DNA of 63,755 bases, filler included, from Rhabdomonas costata (lineage: Eukaryota), in NCBI GenBank assembly GCA_019059605.1. It is 20 parts of 20 records of this genome, joined end to end, with 100 filler letters (N's around TTAATTAATTAA, not from the genome) between each part and the next. Parts side by side here need not be neighbours in the genome. Positions count along the whole stretch, not along the records: positions 1 to 3,066 come from JAHMHO010001416.1; positions 3,167 to 6,252 come from JAHMHO010001417.1; positions 6,353 to 9,433 come from JAHMHO010001418.1; positions 9,534 to 12,597 come from JAHMHO010001419.1; 16 more parts are not named here. One strand, written 5' to 3'. The notes under the pieces were generated by a model. That model saw nothing but the letters and a program-made list of their open reading frames with translations. It was not told the DNA's origin and ran no database searches. Positions 1 through 11,471 of this stretch are shown piece by piece. Every line of letters starts with the position of its first letter. The first letter of the stretch is position 1. The position numbers were made by a program, and so were the translations under genes.

Positions 1-194
1 GTGGTTGTGGCAATCCCATTCCTGCCGAAATAGAAGGCTGCCCCCTCCCCCTTCCCTCTACCCAAATTCCATTTACGTATGTTGTTTGTTTTCAATATGA
101 CGCGCCACTGCGCAAATTGTAACACTTGAGGAGCCTTGGGGAAATTTTGGCACAAATTGACCTCGCCCTGCACTTCCTCTCACTATGTCAAAAG

Positions 195-2690
195 GCCTCA
201 CTGTGCTGGATTTGGGCAGCGGCTCGGGGCGGGACTGCTACGTCGCCGCCAAGTTGGTGGGCCCTCGGGGACATGTGATTGGCATAGACATGACCGACGA
301 GCAGCTCGAGGTCGCCCGCAAGCACGCCGAGGCGTACTGCCGCGAGACGCTGGGGTACCCCAGCAACATCCTACAGTTTCGCAAGGGTTGCCATTTCCCA
401 TCCCTTTCCTCTCCCTCATGTGCTCATTTGAGCGCATTCTCGGCTGCCACAATCACCCACAGAAGCTTGGCCGGTCGGCCTGAGAAAAACAGTCAGTCGG
501 CACAAAGAACCTTTCACTTGCTCCTGCCCAGGCACCCACATGGAAGCAATGGCACATATCCACAGAGTCCACAGGCATCCCAGCCACGCTCACGTCACAA
601 AAAAGTCCCTGGAAGGTGGAACAAAAGACATCGCATCTGCTGGGCCAGAGGCAGCATGCGCAAGAGGAGAATAGTATTGTTCGGCCAGTGCTGGGGGGAC
701 AGTCATGACATGGATGTAATCGCGGGATTAAGGACAGTAGGCCAGTTTTCCCTCTTCTAGGAATGAGGAATGGTATTTTATGCCTTGGAGACTATCTGAA
801 TTCCGCAAATGCGCAGACCCACATCCACCCACATTCGTTTGCATTCATATGAATAGAAGACGTCCGCACCCAGTTAGAATCGGACATGAACAGCAAGTGC
901 ACAGCACGCAGGCACCTGGCCACTTTTGCTGTGCCAGGTACGAGTTGAATGCGGGCGTTTGAACAGGATGGAAGCAAAAACTGTCAACTGGTGGTTTGTG
1001 GCTGCGTCTTGTGGTGCTGTCCAGGGTACATCGAGGACCTGCGGGCGGCGGAGATCGCCCCAGGTAGTGTGGACCTCGTGATCAGCAACTGCGTGATCAA
1101 CTTGAGTCCCGACAAGGAGGCGGTTATCCGTGGTGTGCTCAGTGGTTCTGTAAGATGGTTGGTGCATGATAATCTGTGGGACTAAAATGGAGTGGCATTT
1201 ACACGCTCGAGATCCGTTGACAAAAAAGACAGAAGCAAGGACAAAGAGACTGCTGACTCAGCCTCCTTGTCTGAGGACTTCGATTTGGATAGCTTTTTTT
1301 CCACACTTTTGGCATATGGGAGTTAGGTTACTTGTGGAATACAAAGAAAGAGGCCTCGCAAATACGCATGTGTGACGTCTGTGTGTCACCGATCCACCTT
1401 TCCTTTTTCCTCTCCTCTCTCCATTTTTTGAAGAGGTGGCTCGGGTCCTGAAAGAGGGCGGGGAGCTCTATTTCGGGGACGTGTACTGCGACCGCCGGCT
1501 GGGGCCGGAAGTGAGGCAGCACGAGGTGCTGTGGGGGGAGTGCATCTCTGGGGCGTTGTACATCGAGGACTTCATCCGGATTGCCCGCCGCGCAGGGTTC
1601 ACTGACCCCCGGGTGCTGAAGAAAAGCCCCATAGTCGTCAAGGATCCGGCCTTGCTGGAGGTTGCCTTGTGGAGTGGTCCAGGTTAGGACAGGAATACCA
1701 GCTGGAGGATTCACGTTCTGGAGCAGTTAACACCCCAAAAGTGAGAGAATATCGAGTTACGAATTTCTTCCGCTGTCTGCATTGGTGTTGGAACGTGTTG
1801 CTTTGACCGATAAATTCAGTTTCTGAATTTACGGCGTAACCTGCTTTCTTTCAGTTTTATTTTTTGATCAGAGAGGGAAGGAACCTTGGGGTTCCGAAGA
1901 GACGTCATGGACCCCTCTTCCCTTGAGAACACATTATCTGACCCCCGAATCTTTTCATCGACTCACTTAAGTGCGCGCTACTCATTGCACGTCGAAGTGC
2001 ACGCTCCGCGAACGTGATGCACCTTTCCTTTTGCAGCTATGTGCGGGCAGTGTGTGGGTGTGACTCCAATGTGGATGGAGGGGGGCGGATGACATGTGTC
2101 GATGCAGTGCGGGGGACGGGCTGCGCTGCAGATTCTTGGGGAGGCCAAATTCTTCAGCATCACCTACCGGTGCTTCAAGCTGTCCTCCCTCGAGACAAAG
2201 TGTGGGGATTACGGCCAGGTTTGTCAAGTCAACACCTTGAATATCTGAAAATATTGCTGAGGAGCCTCAGTCGGAAACTAAAGTCAACCCACTCCTTTAC
2301 AATATTAATAGCAATACAGTACGAGAACAATCGTTTAAACCACAACGGGTACTGCAGTGAACTCCGCGATGATCTATTTTTGTGCTCACCATCACTTCTC
2401 CCCACTCACCTCACCCCTGCACTCATCGAGTGAGTATTCAAGGGATTCGTCAGGTGATGTGCTTCCTCTTCTTTCTGTGTTTCGTCTCCCAGCACACACT
2501 CTTTTTGCCACCTCTGGTGGGCGCGCCTCCATAAAGGTGGCGATCTACAAGGGAGGCATCCTGGGCGCAAGCCACGGCTACGACCTGGACGATCATCACC
2601 ACTTCACCAAGGGGAAGCCCATGCTGGTGTGCGGCAATACCGCATCGATGCTGCAGGAGACCCGACTCAGCAAGTACTTCACCGTGCAAG
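195..2690 (+). CDS. AS3MT: Arsenite S-adenosylmethionine methyltransferase (AS3MT/ArsM family), partial, 5 exons
   Basis: Phase-consistent GT-AG exons at 195-386, 1025-1132, 1434-1660, 2132-2218 and 2537-2690. They give [12 protein letters not shown] (SAM motif I), [74 protein letters not shown] and VCGNTASML, all typical of AS3MT. Confidence 0.93.
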
Positions 2691-3066
2691 GTGAGTGTGC
2701 ATGAAACCCTCTGCCTTGCGCCGCTGCTACATTTGCACCACGTTTGTGCGGGCATGCCATGGATTGTTCCCTCCCCCCATCGACCATCACCTTTCCCGCT
2801 CAACCCGTCGCGTAGGCTCTGTATGAGTATGAGAGGTCGGACTACTTGCAGTATCAGCTGGAAGAAGATGGCAGCTTGGGCAAAGGAGCATGTCTGTTTG
2901 TCAAAAGCGAAGATGAAACAAAAAACGGTTGAAAATTAACAACAAAAAGGGGTGGGGGGCTGAAAAACTCACCCAGAAAGATGGCATGATAGGACTCGAC
3001 CTGCAGCCTCCGACCGTCAAAGCCCACTCCCACAGCGCAATGGCTTTCTTCCCAAACCCCCCCACC

Positions 3067-3166
3067 NNNNNNNNNNNNNNNNNNNNNNNNNNNNNNNNNN
3101 NNNNNNNNNNTTAATTAATTAANNNNNNNNNNNNNNNNNNNNNNNNNNNNNNNNNNNNNNNNNNNN
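3067..3166. other. Artificial contig-joining linker (44 N + TTAATTAATTAA + 44 N), first of 19 identical copies
   Basis: Identical 100-bp blocks also start at 6253, 9434, 12598, 15777, 19300, 22477, 25654, 28830, 32006, 35184, 38361, 41534, 44708, 47882, 51053, 54235, 57408 and 60581. TTAATTAATTAA places stops in all six frames. Confidence 0.99.
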
Positions 3167-3352
3167 GGGGGGGGTGGGGGTTGCGTTGGCTTATGGTTTT
3201 GACACCTTTGGTGCGCACAGCACCGTTGAGTGGGTGCCAGTGGATTTTCGCCATCTATCTCTTCCTCTTTGTACCATCGTGTCTTCACCACACGGTCCCT
3301 TTGGCGTGCTCATAATCTTAATTTCGTGCGCTGGAGTTTTATGAATACACAG

Positions 3353-5903
3353 GTGGGCAAGAAGGAGAAGATGGACCGGCGTCGGAGAGGCAGGGCCTAC
3401 ACAGCATTGGCAGGCACCCTCCGTGAACCTCTTGAAAACCTGATTTCTACGGAGGTTGTGATGCTTCTTTCGCATTCCTCGCTTGATCATTGTCTTTGCC
3501 GTTGCATTGTCCCTGTCTTTGTGTCTTGCGGTTACCTTGGAAGAGCTGCGTTTCATTCTTCACTATGCACTTTGTTTTTTCAAATTAGGATGGATTGCAT
3601 TTGATTGATTGATATTCATGTTCTCGTTGATGTGTGCGTAGTGACAGTACACGTCTTTGTCTCCTTCCTCTTCTATTCACCAGCCAACATCTGCGCTGTG
3701 CGCAGTGAACGGTGGCCATGACGGGGTGTCGGACGTCGACAAGCTCCTGGATGTCTTCAGCTTTGTATGCACTTTGATGCTTCCTGGCCTCTTTTTTCCT
3801 GCACCCCTGCAACACCCGTTGCTATGTTGCGCGGCACGGCACGGCGGATATGGACTCCTTTGTAATGTGTCGTTGGCACACCTCCGCTCCTTCTTGTGTT
3901 CTTTGTTTGGGTGCAAAGGCGGGCACCATCGTGCATGTCGAGAAGATCCCCGGACGTCCCTGTGCCTTTGTGGGCTTCGACTGTGTGGAAAGCGCCGTGA
4001 AAGCAAAAGGTTAGTGTCACGTTCATATGATGTGGTGGCCGCGCCCATGGGTTATTGATTTGTAAGCCATTGTAAGCCAGGATTTGACATTTCGATCATT
4101 TCCAATCAATAACAGGGCGGGCGAGAACGGAGATTTGTTTACTACTTGTGTCAATCACAAGTGTTTCAGCATTTTGTTGATTTGAAAAAGCCTCCCGTAA
4201 AGAATTGAACATATGAGAAAACCACAACAGAAAGCCCGGTTATAATACGAGATGGGCAGTACAGCCTTGGAACTGGACTAAAAAAAAAGGCAGGGTTCAG
4301 TAGCTATCAAAAAGTGTCGCGATCCTAACCCACTTCGCGAGCGCAACGCTGGTTTCTGTTTCCAGCCGCCCTGCACGACAAGCCGTGCCCCAAGCTCTTC
4401 TTGGAAGGCATTCGGGACTGTAACCTGTACGTAGAGTACATCAGCTCACAGCGCCTGGGACGTGACCTCGGGAGACCGGGAGATGCCTCTCAGGTCCCAG
4501 GCCTCATGTTCGCCGAGAAGTTTATCTCCGAGGTTGCCTCCCCCGCCCTCGCACGCCCCGGTGCACAACTGTCATCTATAGGCTGCCGGTCGGCTCTGCA
4601 ACCGCTTTGCCCACAAAGCTAAACTCGGGCAGAGCCGCATGCCAAAGAACAGGTGTGAACTGCCTGCTTTGCGATTCTTGTTGGACTCTTAGAAGCTCAC
4701 CCAACGCAGGAGCCATCAAGGGTGAAGGCGTTACGGGTTTGGCTTGCTTTCTGGGTGCTCAGGAGGAGGAGATTACTCTGATGGATCTACTTGGGCGGTC
4801 CCCATGGGACCGGCTGAAGGGCCGCCGGGTGCAGCATTACGGTTTCCGCTTCAATTACACCACCAACGCCTATGACACCATCGCCGTGCCACCTCTGCCT
4901 GCACCCTGTGCTGAGCTCGCCCGGCGGGCCTTCGACAAAGGTATGCATCATGCCATACCTCTTCCCAAGCGAGTGCGTGGGCACTTACTAAACACGCTTC
5001 GTGTGTCGGCAAAAATGCACATCGTCCCCAATTGGTATACTCTAATATGCTTGAAGTTGATGGAGCGGGTTACCACAGACTTTTCTGCCTTTGATTATGT
5101 TTGCTTCAGCGAATGTCAGCTTGTCCACCTGCTGGCCGGCCTGAGTCAGGAATAAAATCCGCAGGACGCCATACAATGTTTCGTACGCTTTTTGCACCCT
5201 TCGAAAAATCTGCTGATGGTATTTGGTTCTCCTACATAAGGCAAGGTACAAAGGAAGTGAGGGGGGGGACTTGGATGGGGGGCTCGGAGAGCACCTGTAA
5301 GGAAGAAGTCAGCGCAAAGAAAAGCCGGACCCCGATATAATAAACTTTGCTGCGTTTGTGGCTGTGCTTATATAATAGGACTAACTCCAACCCTGCCTGA
5401 CCAACTGACGGTCAACGAGTATTTTGAGTGTGGCGGCATTGCCGCCCATGTGGACACGCACTCCTGCTTTGAGGACGGCATCGTCTCCATCTCGCTGGGC
5501 GCGGACACCGTCCTGGACTTCTGGTTGCTTGTGTTTGTGTGTGTGTGTGTGTGTGTGACATTGCTGACTGGTTGCCTAATGTCAATGGGTCAAATGCTCC
5601 TCACCCCATGTAATTTTCCGTCGGAAACTGGGGCGGTTCATTTGTTTGTTTTTAACAGCGCGCTGACAACACTTCAATCCCTGCATTCCTCGATTCTTCG
5701 AAGCGATTCTGATTTTGAAATTGGCCTTACCGGTGACTGAAAGTGCACAACGATGAGACTTTTGCTGCTGCTGCTGCATGCTCAGTCACTTCGCGTTCAC
5801 TGTGTCTTGCTGCCCTTCAGAGGTCTGTTTCCTTCTCACAGGCATCGGGATGGCCGGCACGTAGGTGTTCCCATCCCTCGACGTTCCGTTTTTGTCATGA
5901 CAG
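3353..5903 (+). CDS. ALKBH8: ALKBH8-like protein (RRM + AlkB Fe(II)/2OG dioxygenase), partial, 7 exons
   Basis: Exons at 3353-3454, 3684-3764, 3919-4009, 4366-4532, 4763-4940, 5379-5523 and 5842-5903 splice in phase. The RRM part reads [20 protein letters not shown]. The AlkB part reads [58 protein letters not shown] (HxD) and [10 protein letters not shown]. Confidence 0.88.
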
Positions 5904-6498
5904 GTGCGCAAGGAAGGGAGTAGGCGAAGAGAAAAAGGGACTTGCTCTGTTTTTTTTTAGTCTAAATCGATTTCCAGAGCATTGAAGTGCGCTTTTAGAG
6001 TGCTTTGGATGGTGGCCTAACAGAGAAAAGCATTGTAATTCCCTCAGCGAGCGTTTGTTATATGACAATTGCAGCGGGAAATGTCCCCGGAAGATAGGAC
6101 CGGCCCCGTTGCGTTTCGGAAGGCCTTTGTATGTAAAAAGAGCCGAGGCTGGCTTCGGTTTCTTCTGTAATTAGGTGTTATCGTTATTATTATTATTAGG
6201 CCAGAAGAGTTATTATTGGGACGAATGACCTCCTGGCCTAATAACAAAAAACNNNNNNNNNNNNNNNNNNNNNNNNNNNNNNNNNNNNNNNNNNNNTTAA
6301 TTAATTAANNNNNNNNNNNNNNNNNNNNNNNNNNNNNNNNNNNNNNNNNNNNGTCAACTTCTATGCCCAGGTTTGCGCTTCTGCTTGGCAGTACATCGAA
6401 AGATGTTGCACGGAGACCAGCAGGACTGGCGTCACTGTTATACGCTGTGTTATTGTCATGCCGGTGCACGACTTGCAAGGGTCGGCGTCGTTTTGCAG

Positions 6499-9045
6499 GT
6501 GAAGCAGAACCCTGGGGGAGTGTCTCCCTTGGCACTGTTTTTGGGCTTCCCCTGCGCGCTGTCGTACTCGGACTTGGAGTACTTCTCTCAGGTATGCGGT
6601 CAAGTTGTGCATTGTGTTGCGCAATCACTCTTTTTGAAGTTGCTGCGAAAGAAGTTTTCAGGAGGCCGACCGCTTTACTTTCTGTGGTTTCACAGTTGTC
6701 AGAATCCTTCCAGAGAGAACTTTTCTCGGGTGTTGCCCCTTGCCCCACTCCCGTGAAATCGTTTAGGTGTGCATGGAGACCAAAGATTGCCACATGACAA
6801 GAGCTGGGAGGAATGTCAGATTTTTGCGGCGCGGTGAGAGCGGAGTGGAGGGGTTGGGGAGATGATGGTTTTGGCTGGAATTTTCTCCGCCCACGGTCAA
6901 TGAACACGGTATTTAGAAGCTCATGGTAATTTGGAACGATGGGCGGTGGGGGTCCCAGATGTTCGGACTTGGTGACGTTGGGCGAAATACTTCGATCGTC
7001 TGCCAGGATGGGGTGATGTATCCGCCTTACCTGCTGAGGTATTTTGGTGGTGGGTTTCTGATTCTGCAGCTGCGCTGCACTATTCGTGTGATTGTGTTTT
7101 TCTCGTGGTTAGGGGGAGGTTGTGCTTTGCCTTCTCATGAGCTATGATTCTCAGGTTCGCAGGTCGTTGGTTGGTTGCGAGTAGTTTCTCCCCTGTCCGA
7201 ATGCGTTTTGTCCCTCCCCCTCCCCCTTGCAGGTACCCCAAGGGAGTGAAGCTCCCAGACGAAGTTCTGGATGAGCTGGACACCAAGCTGGACTCCCTTG
7301 TGATCCGCTGGTACATTGCATTTTACGTGGCGCAGCAATATACGTTTATACTTTGTATCAGTTGTGGATCAACAGCTGACCCTGTCGCCCGATTTTCCAA
7401 GACTTTCGTTGTCTTTGTTGAATTGATGTAATTGTTTTGCTTTGCTTTGCTTTCTTTGTTTGTTCGTTGTGTTGAGGCGTGCCCCTTTTTTTACCTGCGC
7501 CCCCCTCTTTACAGCGAAGCTGAAGCAAATGCTGACAATGTTCATATCCTGCAAAGCGTCGCGGTCTTCATGGCGGCTCTTCATTAGTCTCACCGCCTTT
7601 GCTTTGCCTTCCAGGGACCAGATTTGTCGGCTGTTCCGGAGCTACCCCACCAGCAGCTCTGGGTCTGGAGACTTGTCCTTCGAGGAGGGGGCCACGGTCA
7701 CGTTGAAGTTTAGCTCCTCTCAAGCCTCAACCCCAACGGACTTGTACGTCGACTCCAGTGAGTATCCCTCCGACGGTGTGTGACCCTAATGACCTGTGCA
7801 TTTTATCAGCATCGCGAAGGATTGCCACCCCGGTGTATCCGATGTTGAAAAAGCGTGTTGGTTTAACCAAGAAACAGTCAAAACTATCAATGTGCTTGTT
7901 GTGGTCATCAGAGAGGAGGCCCCAGCATTGCCCAAATTTTGGTTTTGGATTGTTGAGGGAAGGAGAAAATGCACGCAGGGTTTTTAAAAAAGCGGTGGCT
8001 TGAATGAGGACTGTGAGGCGATGCTTGGTCCCTTGGCTGGCGCTTGTTTGGTGTAGATGCGTATCAATGGATCTGCCCGCACCCCATCCTCCATCCACCC
8101 ACACAGTTCTTCCCCAGAAGTTGTGCTTTTTTGTGTAGAGGTCAAGCCTGGCAACCCTGTGCTGGTGGGTGGCGTTTTGCTGCTGCACATCACGGCCCCC
8201 ACGATGGGCCAGGCCTTCACGGCGGTGGTGAAGAAAGGCTGCCCCGCGGTGCCGCGGGGCGCCGCTCTGGTGTTCCCGTACGAGAACGAGAAGGCGCTGT
8301 GCAAGTTCCGGTTCAATATCAGCTCCGGGGTCAGCGCGGAGACCGTCAAAACCAACCTGGAGGCCCTTCTCGGTGAGCCTCTCTCTCTCTCTTTCATTTC
8401 CCCTCCCCCTTCCCAAGAAATCACCCTCCCTTGCTTCCCGTTCTCTGTGGCTGCCACGTCTGTGAGAGAATGGATTGTTGCCAGACTTTGTGATGTCATC
8501 TCTTGCGGAGTGGTGCGCTTCTCCGCGAGTAATCGGTCATGAAGCGGGTAAATTTTCAGGCCAGTCCCCCTTTTCTCTGATCTCTATTGTATCCGTATAC
8601 CTTTATGCCACTGTCACTGCAACAACCGTGCCAAACTGTGCTGCCGCAGTGCTGTAACCTCTCGTCGTCGAAAAAGCGCAATGCACAAACGAAAAAGGAA
8701 GAAACGGAAGAATTTTTTTTGGTTGTCTGTCCTTTGAGGCATTTGTTTTTCTTTCGTTTATTTTATTTCGTCTTTTTCGTAGGGACGACCTCCTTCAAGC
8801 CATTCCTGTGCGCATGCATGGGGAACACGATTTGCGTGAACTGCGCGACCTGCCTAATTGTGCAAGTGGTGCTGTGGACCTGGTTCACCTGCATTGGCGC
8901 CTCGGAGAGCCGCCTGCGTAGCCGGTGGTTGGCCGCCTCTATTCAGTCCATCGCCACCGCCCTGGGCACGGACCCAGATTCCTACTGGAGGCGGATGCTC
9001 CCGGACAAGGACAAGGTTCTGACTCACCTTTTTCCCAAGTCGTGA
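6499..9045 (+). CDS. Multi-exon hypothetical protein (3' part) with a Cys-rich hydrophobic C-terminal segment
   Basis: Six GT-AG bounded exons join in consistent phases: VKQNPGG..EYFSQ / KLMVIWNDGRWG..YLLR / YPKGVKLPDE..VIRW / DQICRLF..YVDS / VKPGNPVL..EALL / GTTSFKPFLCAC..HLFPKS*. Third codon positions are GC-rich and the stop is TGA at 9043-9045. No family recognised. Confidence 0.7.
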
Positions 9046-9794
9046 CCGATCCCAGTGTACATCCACTGCTCATTTTTGGCTGTGCTAGTTTTCCTTTCTA
9101 CTACTTTCACCCCGTTCTCAGTTGTGCTGGCGTGACGATCACGATCCTTTTCTTGTTCCTCGCAAGTACTGCCCGGTTGGGGTTTATTCTCCTTACCGAA
9201 GCCAAGGCAAGACAAAGACAAGACACTCTCCAATACCGGATCTGCGTTGAAATTTTGGGCGTCGTTTTTTGGCTTCACGCATTTTGGATTCATTTGGCTG
9301 ACTTCTCATGGATGGTTGCCGCGTGGCCACAGTAGTCAAGCAAATTACGAAGTCAGAGATTGATGCCGGGTGAGACTTTCACCCCAGGGATAGAACACGA
9401 GTGAGGCCGCAACCCCACCACTGACAAAACCCCNNNNNNNNNNNNNNNNNNNNNNNNNNNNNNNNNNNNNNNNNNNNTTAATTAATTAANNNNNNNNNNN
9501 NNNNNNNNNNNNNNNNNNNNNNNNNNNNNNNNNGGGGGTGGTGGTCGAGGAATTTCGACAAACCCCAACTGACGTGCATGCGGGGGACCGCCTGCTTACA
9601 CGCTGCCTGCACATGAAATTTGTCGAAATTCCTCGACCATCGCCATTCATAAAACCATTCGGAGTGGAGTAAAAATAAAACTATGGAACAGCGCAACAGA
9701 ACCCAAATGGGAATTCCAAACAACTCTCTCTGGGAATTCAATGCAAGGAACTCTTCAGAGGAGTGCAGAAGTGCGTAGGGCTTTCCTGAAGCAC

Positions 9795-11471
9795 TCGGGA
9801 TGGTGCCAGGGTGCCATCCCGACGGAACAAGGGCTCGCTGAGGACGGCCAGGAGACACCGCAGGACGTCGGCTCGGTGCGTGGCGTGCTCTGAGGTGGGC
9901 GCAGGGAGGACGCCCCGGTAACCCGTCCCAGAGCTCCACAACAGCTCAGGGCATACCAAGGGCACCGAGAGGAGCTTCTCGTCGGCGTCAATGCGCACGC
10001 ACGGTGGAACGGTGAACCCTAACCCACGATGACGATGCGCAGGCGGCGGTGCAGAAAGGAAAACAAGGGGAGAACGAGAACCGCTATAAAATCTCCGATA
10101 GATTAATACCACAATGTCTTAAAACCAGCGGGACTGAGCAGCTCACTTCAAGGCCATAGCGGCATAAATCACGAACGAACCCTGGACGAACAACGTCCTC
10201 TAGACTAAATCACAACAATAATACCAGTGCAAAGGTGGACGCAAAACACTTCTTTTCCAGAGAGATTTTCCAGAGAGGTGTGGTTTTGTGACTGCTAGTG
10301 CTTCCATTGTACCGAACTTCATCCACAAGAAAGCTGGCACGGTATAGTATCCCTAGAGTTCAGAAAACCAGAAAGGACATCAAATGCAAAACAACCCCAT
10401 AGGAAACGTTGAAAGAGCTCATGTGCCGTGAAGTGGGGTGAGGGGTGGAGGAAAAGACGGGCGCTGACCAGGAAGCAAGGCCACGGCAAGCAAGCTTTGG
10501 GCCAAAGCTTCGCCAAGCGGGGGGCCTACATCGAGAGTAGGAGACCATAGAACCTGCTCGTGCAGCTCCCCTGTCAGCTGCGGAGTGGGCCTTTCCTGCA
10601 CGCCCTCTTCCTCCACGCCGCTGTAGAGCGAGTCAAAGTCCGTTGGCGCATCCGGAAGCGCCTGTGGCGTTGAACAAAAAAAGGACACGGAAGCAGAGAA
10701 AGCTGAATCCCTGCAGAGAAGCCTGCCCACTGCAAAAAGGGGCCAGGAGGGTGGAATTTTTTTTGGTGGTATCGATAGGCATCGTCGCTAACGTGAAAGC
10801 GTTCTAGCATCCCCGACCCGCTCACGGCTCACGAGCTGACAATTCTAACCGTCCGGAAGGTCTCTGCCATTTTCTCAGCTTTCCCAAAAATGATAAAGAA
10901 AGGGCAGGAATCGCGCCCGGCTCACCGAGATAGGCTCGAACACCAGCGGGATCACCCGGGCCACCAGAAGCAGGGCATTACGGGCATGCCGGCACTGCGC
11001 TCCAGAGGCCTCTCTCCGCGGGAGCACCACCCCAGAGCTTTCCCCCACAACAGCTTCACTGCCATCTCCGCCAGCCCAGCGTTCTTGCTCATCAGCAACA
11101 CCACCTGCGGGACTCCCAGAGGGCCTGCTCAAAACGGCAGTAGAGGAGGACCCTTCCTCTTTCGAGGGACCCCTTCCCTCAGGGGGCAGCACAGAGCCGG
11201 GGACAGAAAGTGACCCAGAGGCCGCTCCCGCAACTTCGGCCAGGCAGCGCTGGCACTTCCGCAGCAGTGCGGTGAGGTTGCCTGGGCGAAGTCTTCGCAG
11301 CCGCCGCACCTCACCAGGCGAGAGCACAGCGAAAACCTCCTCGGCAGTCAGCGGGAGCCCTAACAGGGCCTCCCAGAAGGGGCTGTCCCCGGGGTCGTCA
11401 GGGGAAACTGTCACGGTGTGTAGGTGGTGCAGGCAGGAGCGATACCGCAGCCGGGAGTCCCCAGATCCCAT
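9795..11471 (-). CDS. HID1: HID1/Ecm30 (dymeclin-related Golgi protein), 5' part
   Basis: ATG at 11471 gives MGSGDSRLRYR (myristoylation-type start), FWEALL..AEEVFAVLSPGEVRRLRRLRPGNLTALL and NALLLVARVIPLVFEP. Exons 11471-10926, 10661-10469 and 10018-~9795 add PGFTVP, LLWSSGTG and RADVLRCLLAVLSEPLF, matching HID1 blocks. Confidence 0.85.

Noticed and set aside
7727..8416. Long minus-strand ORFs opposite real exons (also 1328-1714, 2450-2803, 41721-42128)
   Set aside because: These are antisense shadows of GC3-rich exons on the other strand.
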